This document shows positions 63,521 to 64,000 of a stretch of 64,000 bases of DNA, one piece after another. Below the pieces are notes generated by a model. It was not told the DNA's origin, searched no databases, and was given only the letters and a program-made list of their open reading frames with translations. The stretch covers positions 31,679,648 to 31,743,647 of the forward strand of contig NC_092673.1 of assembly GCF_964355755.1 (NCBI RefSeq), given 5' to 3'. Position 1 is the first letter of the stretch, and every line of letters begins with the position of its first letter. The translations under genes were made by a program, and so were the position numbers. This DNA is from Antedon mediterranea. Lineage: Eukaryota; Animalia; Echinodermata.

Positions 63521-64000
63521 TGTTACGTGTGTGTGTTAGGTATGACACAATCCGAGTAATAAGTCAGCAAAATTAAACAATAAACATTACACAAAAATAC
63601 ATTTTTTATTCTCGTGGGTCTAATCTTCCCATCTCATGTGTTCATATACGCGCATTTTTAAAGTTCCTGTAACTGCCCTAAAAATAATGCGAGTGATAGT
63701 CGTTATTCAAGTCCAACACCCAAGGTGCTCCTTTATTCCTGTTTCTTGAATGTGAACCAGATTACTAAAACAAAACATAACAATGACCTATAAATGCATG
63801 TCTAGCAATATATGTGGCTCCTTAAGCGTCAAACTGAAAAGTTTTGTATTTAAGTTAAAACAAACAATATAAAAGACGATCCCTTAAACTAATTAAAAAT
63901 GCAAAACCGTGTCGTCATAGCAACCGCTAACAAAATCCTTGCGGTTAACTCCTCCTTCCTCTACAACGACGCGACACCTACATGCCATTGACATTGTATA

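Noticed and set aside
63911-63924. RFX X-box-like motif gtcgtcatagcaac
   Set aside because: Single degenerate motif at the window edge with no associated gene visible

Overview
AT-rich, intron-containing animal DNA. A marine invertebrate deuterostome such as an echinoderm is a reasonable guess, inferred from the DED-NACHT-LRR genes and Deu-type SINE but not provable here. The window holds a tandem pair of + strand NLR immune-receptor genes followed by a convergent - strand copper transporter (CTR1/SLC31A1). NLR-A lacks its 5' end in this window and finishes in one uninterrupted 6.6-kb exon encoding NACHT plus 30 copies of a 57-aa ribonuclease-inhibitor-type LRR pair (about 60 LRRs) arranged as a shuffled mosaic. 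NLR-B can be assembled by hand into 21 coding exons (about 1533 aa): tandem DED, two TRADD-N-like domains, a linker built from 16 consecutive symmetric phase-1 micro-exons in duplicated families, a NACHT with altered Walker A/B motifs, and only 5 LRR pairs. The paralogs differ in both micro-exon number and LRR number, suggesting a modular receptor-diversification locus. Introns and flanks are densely filled with transposons: a degenerate BEL/Pao LTR element nested in a MITE, a solo LTR, a Helitron, two LINE fragments, two SINEs, several MITEs and a deleted PHD-FLYWCH MULE nested in another TIR element. All gene models were read manually from splice signals and need RNA confirmation.
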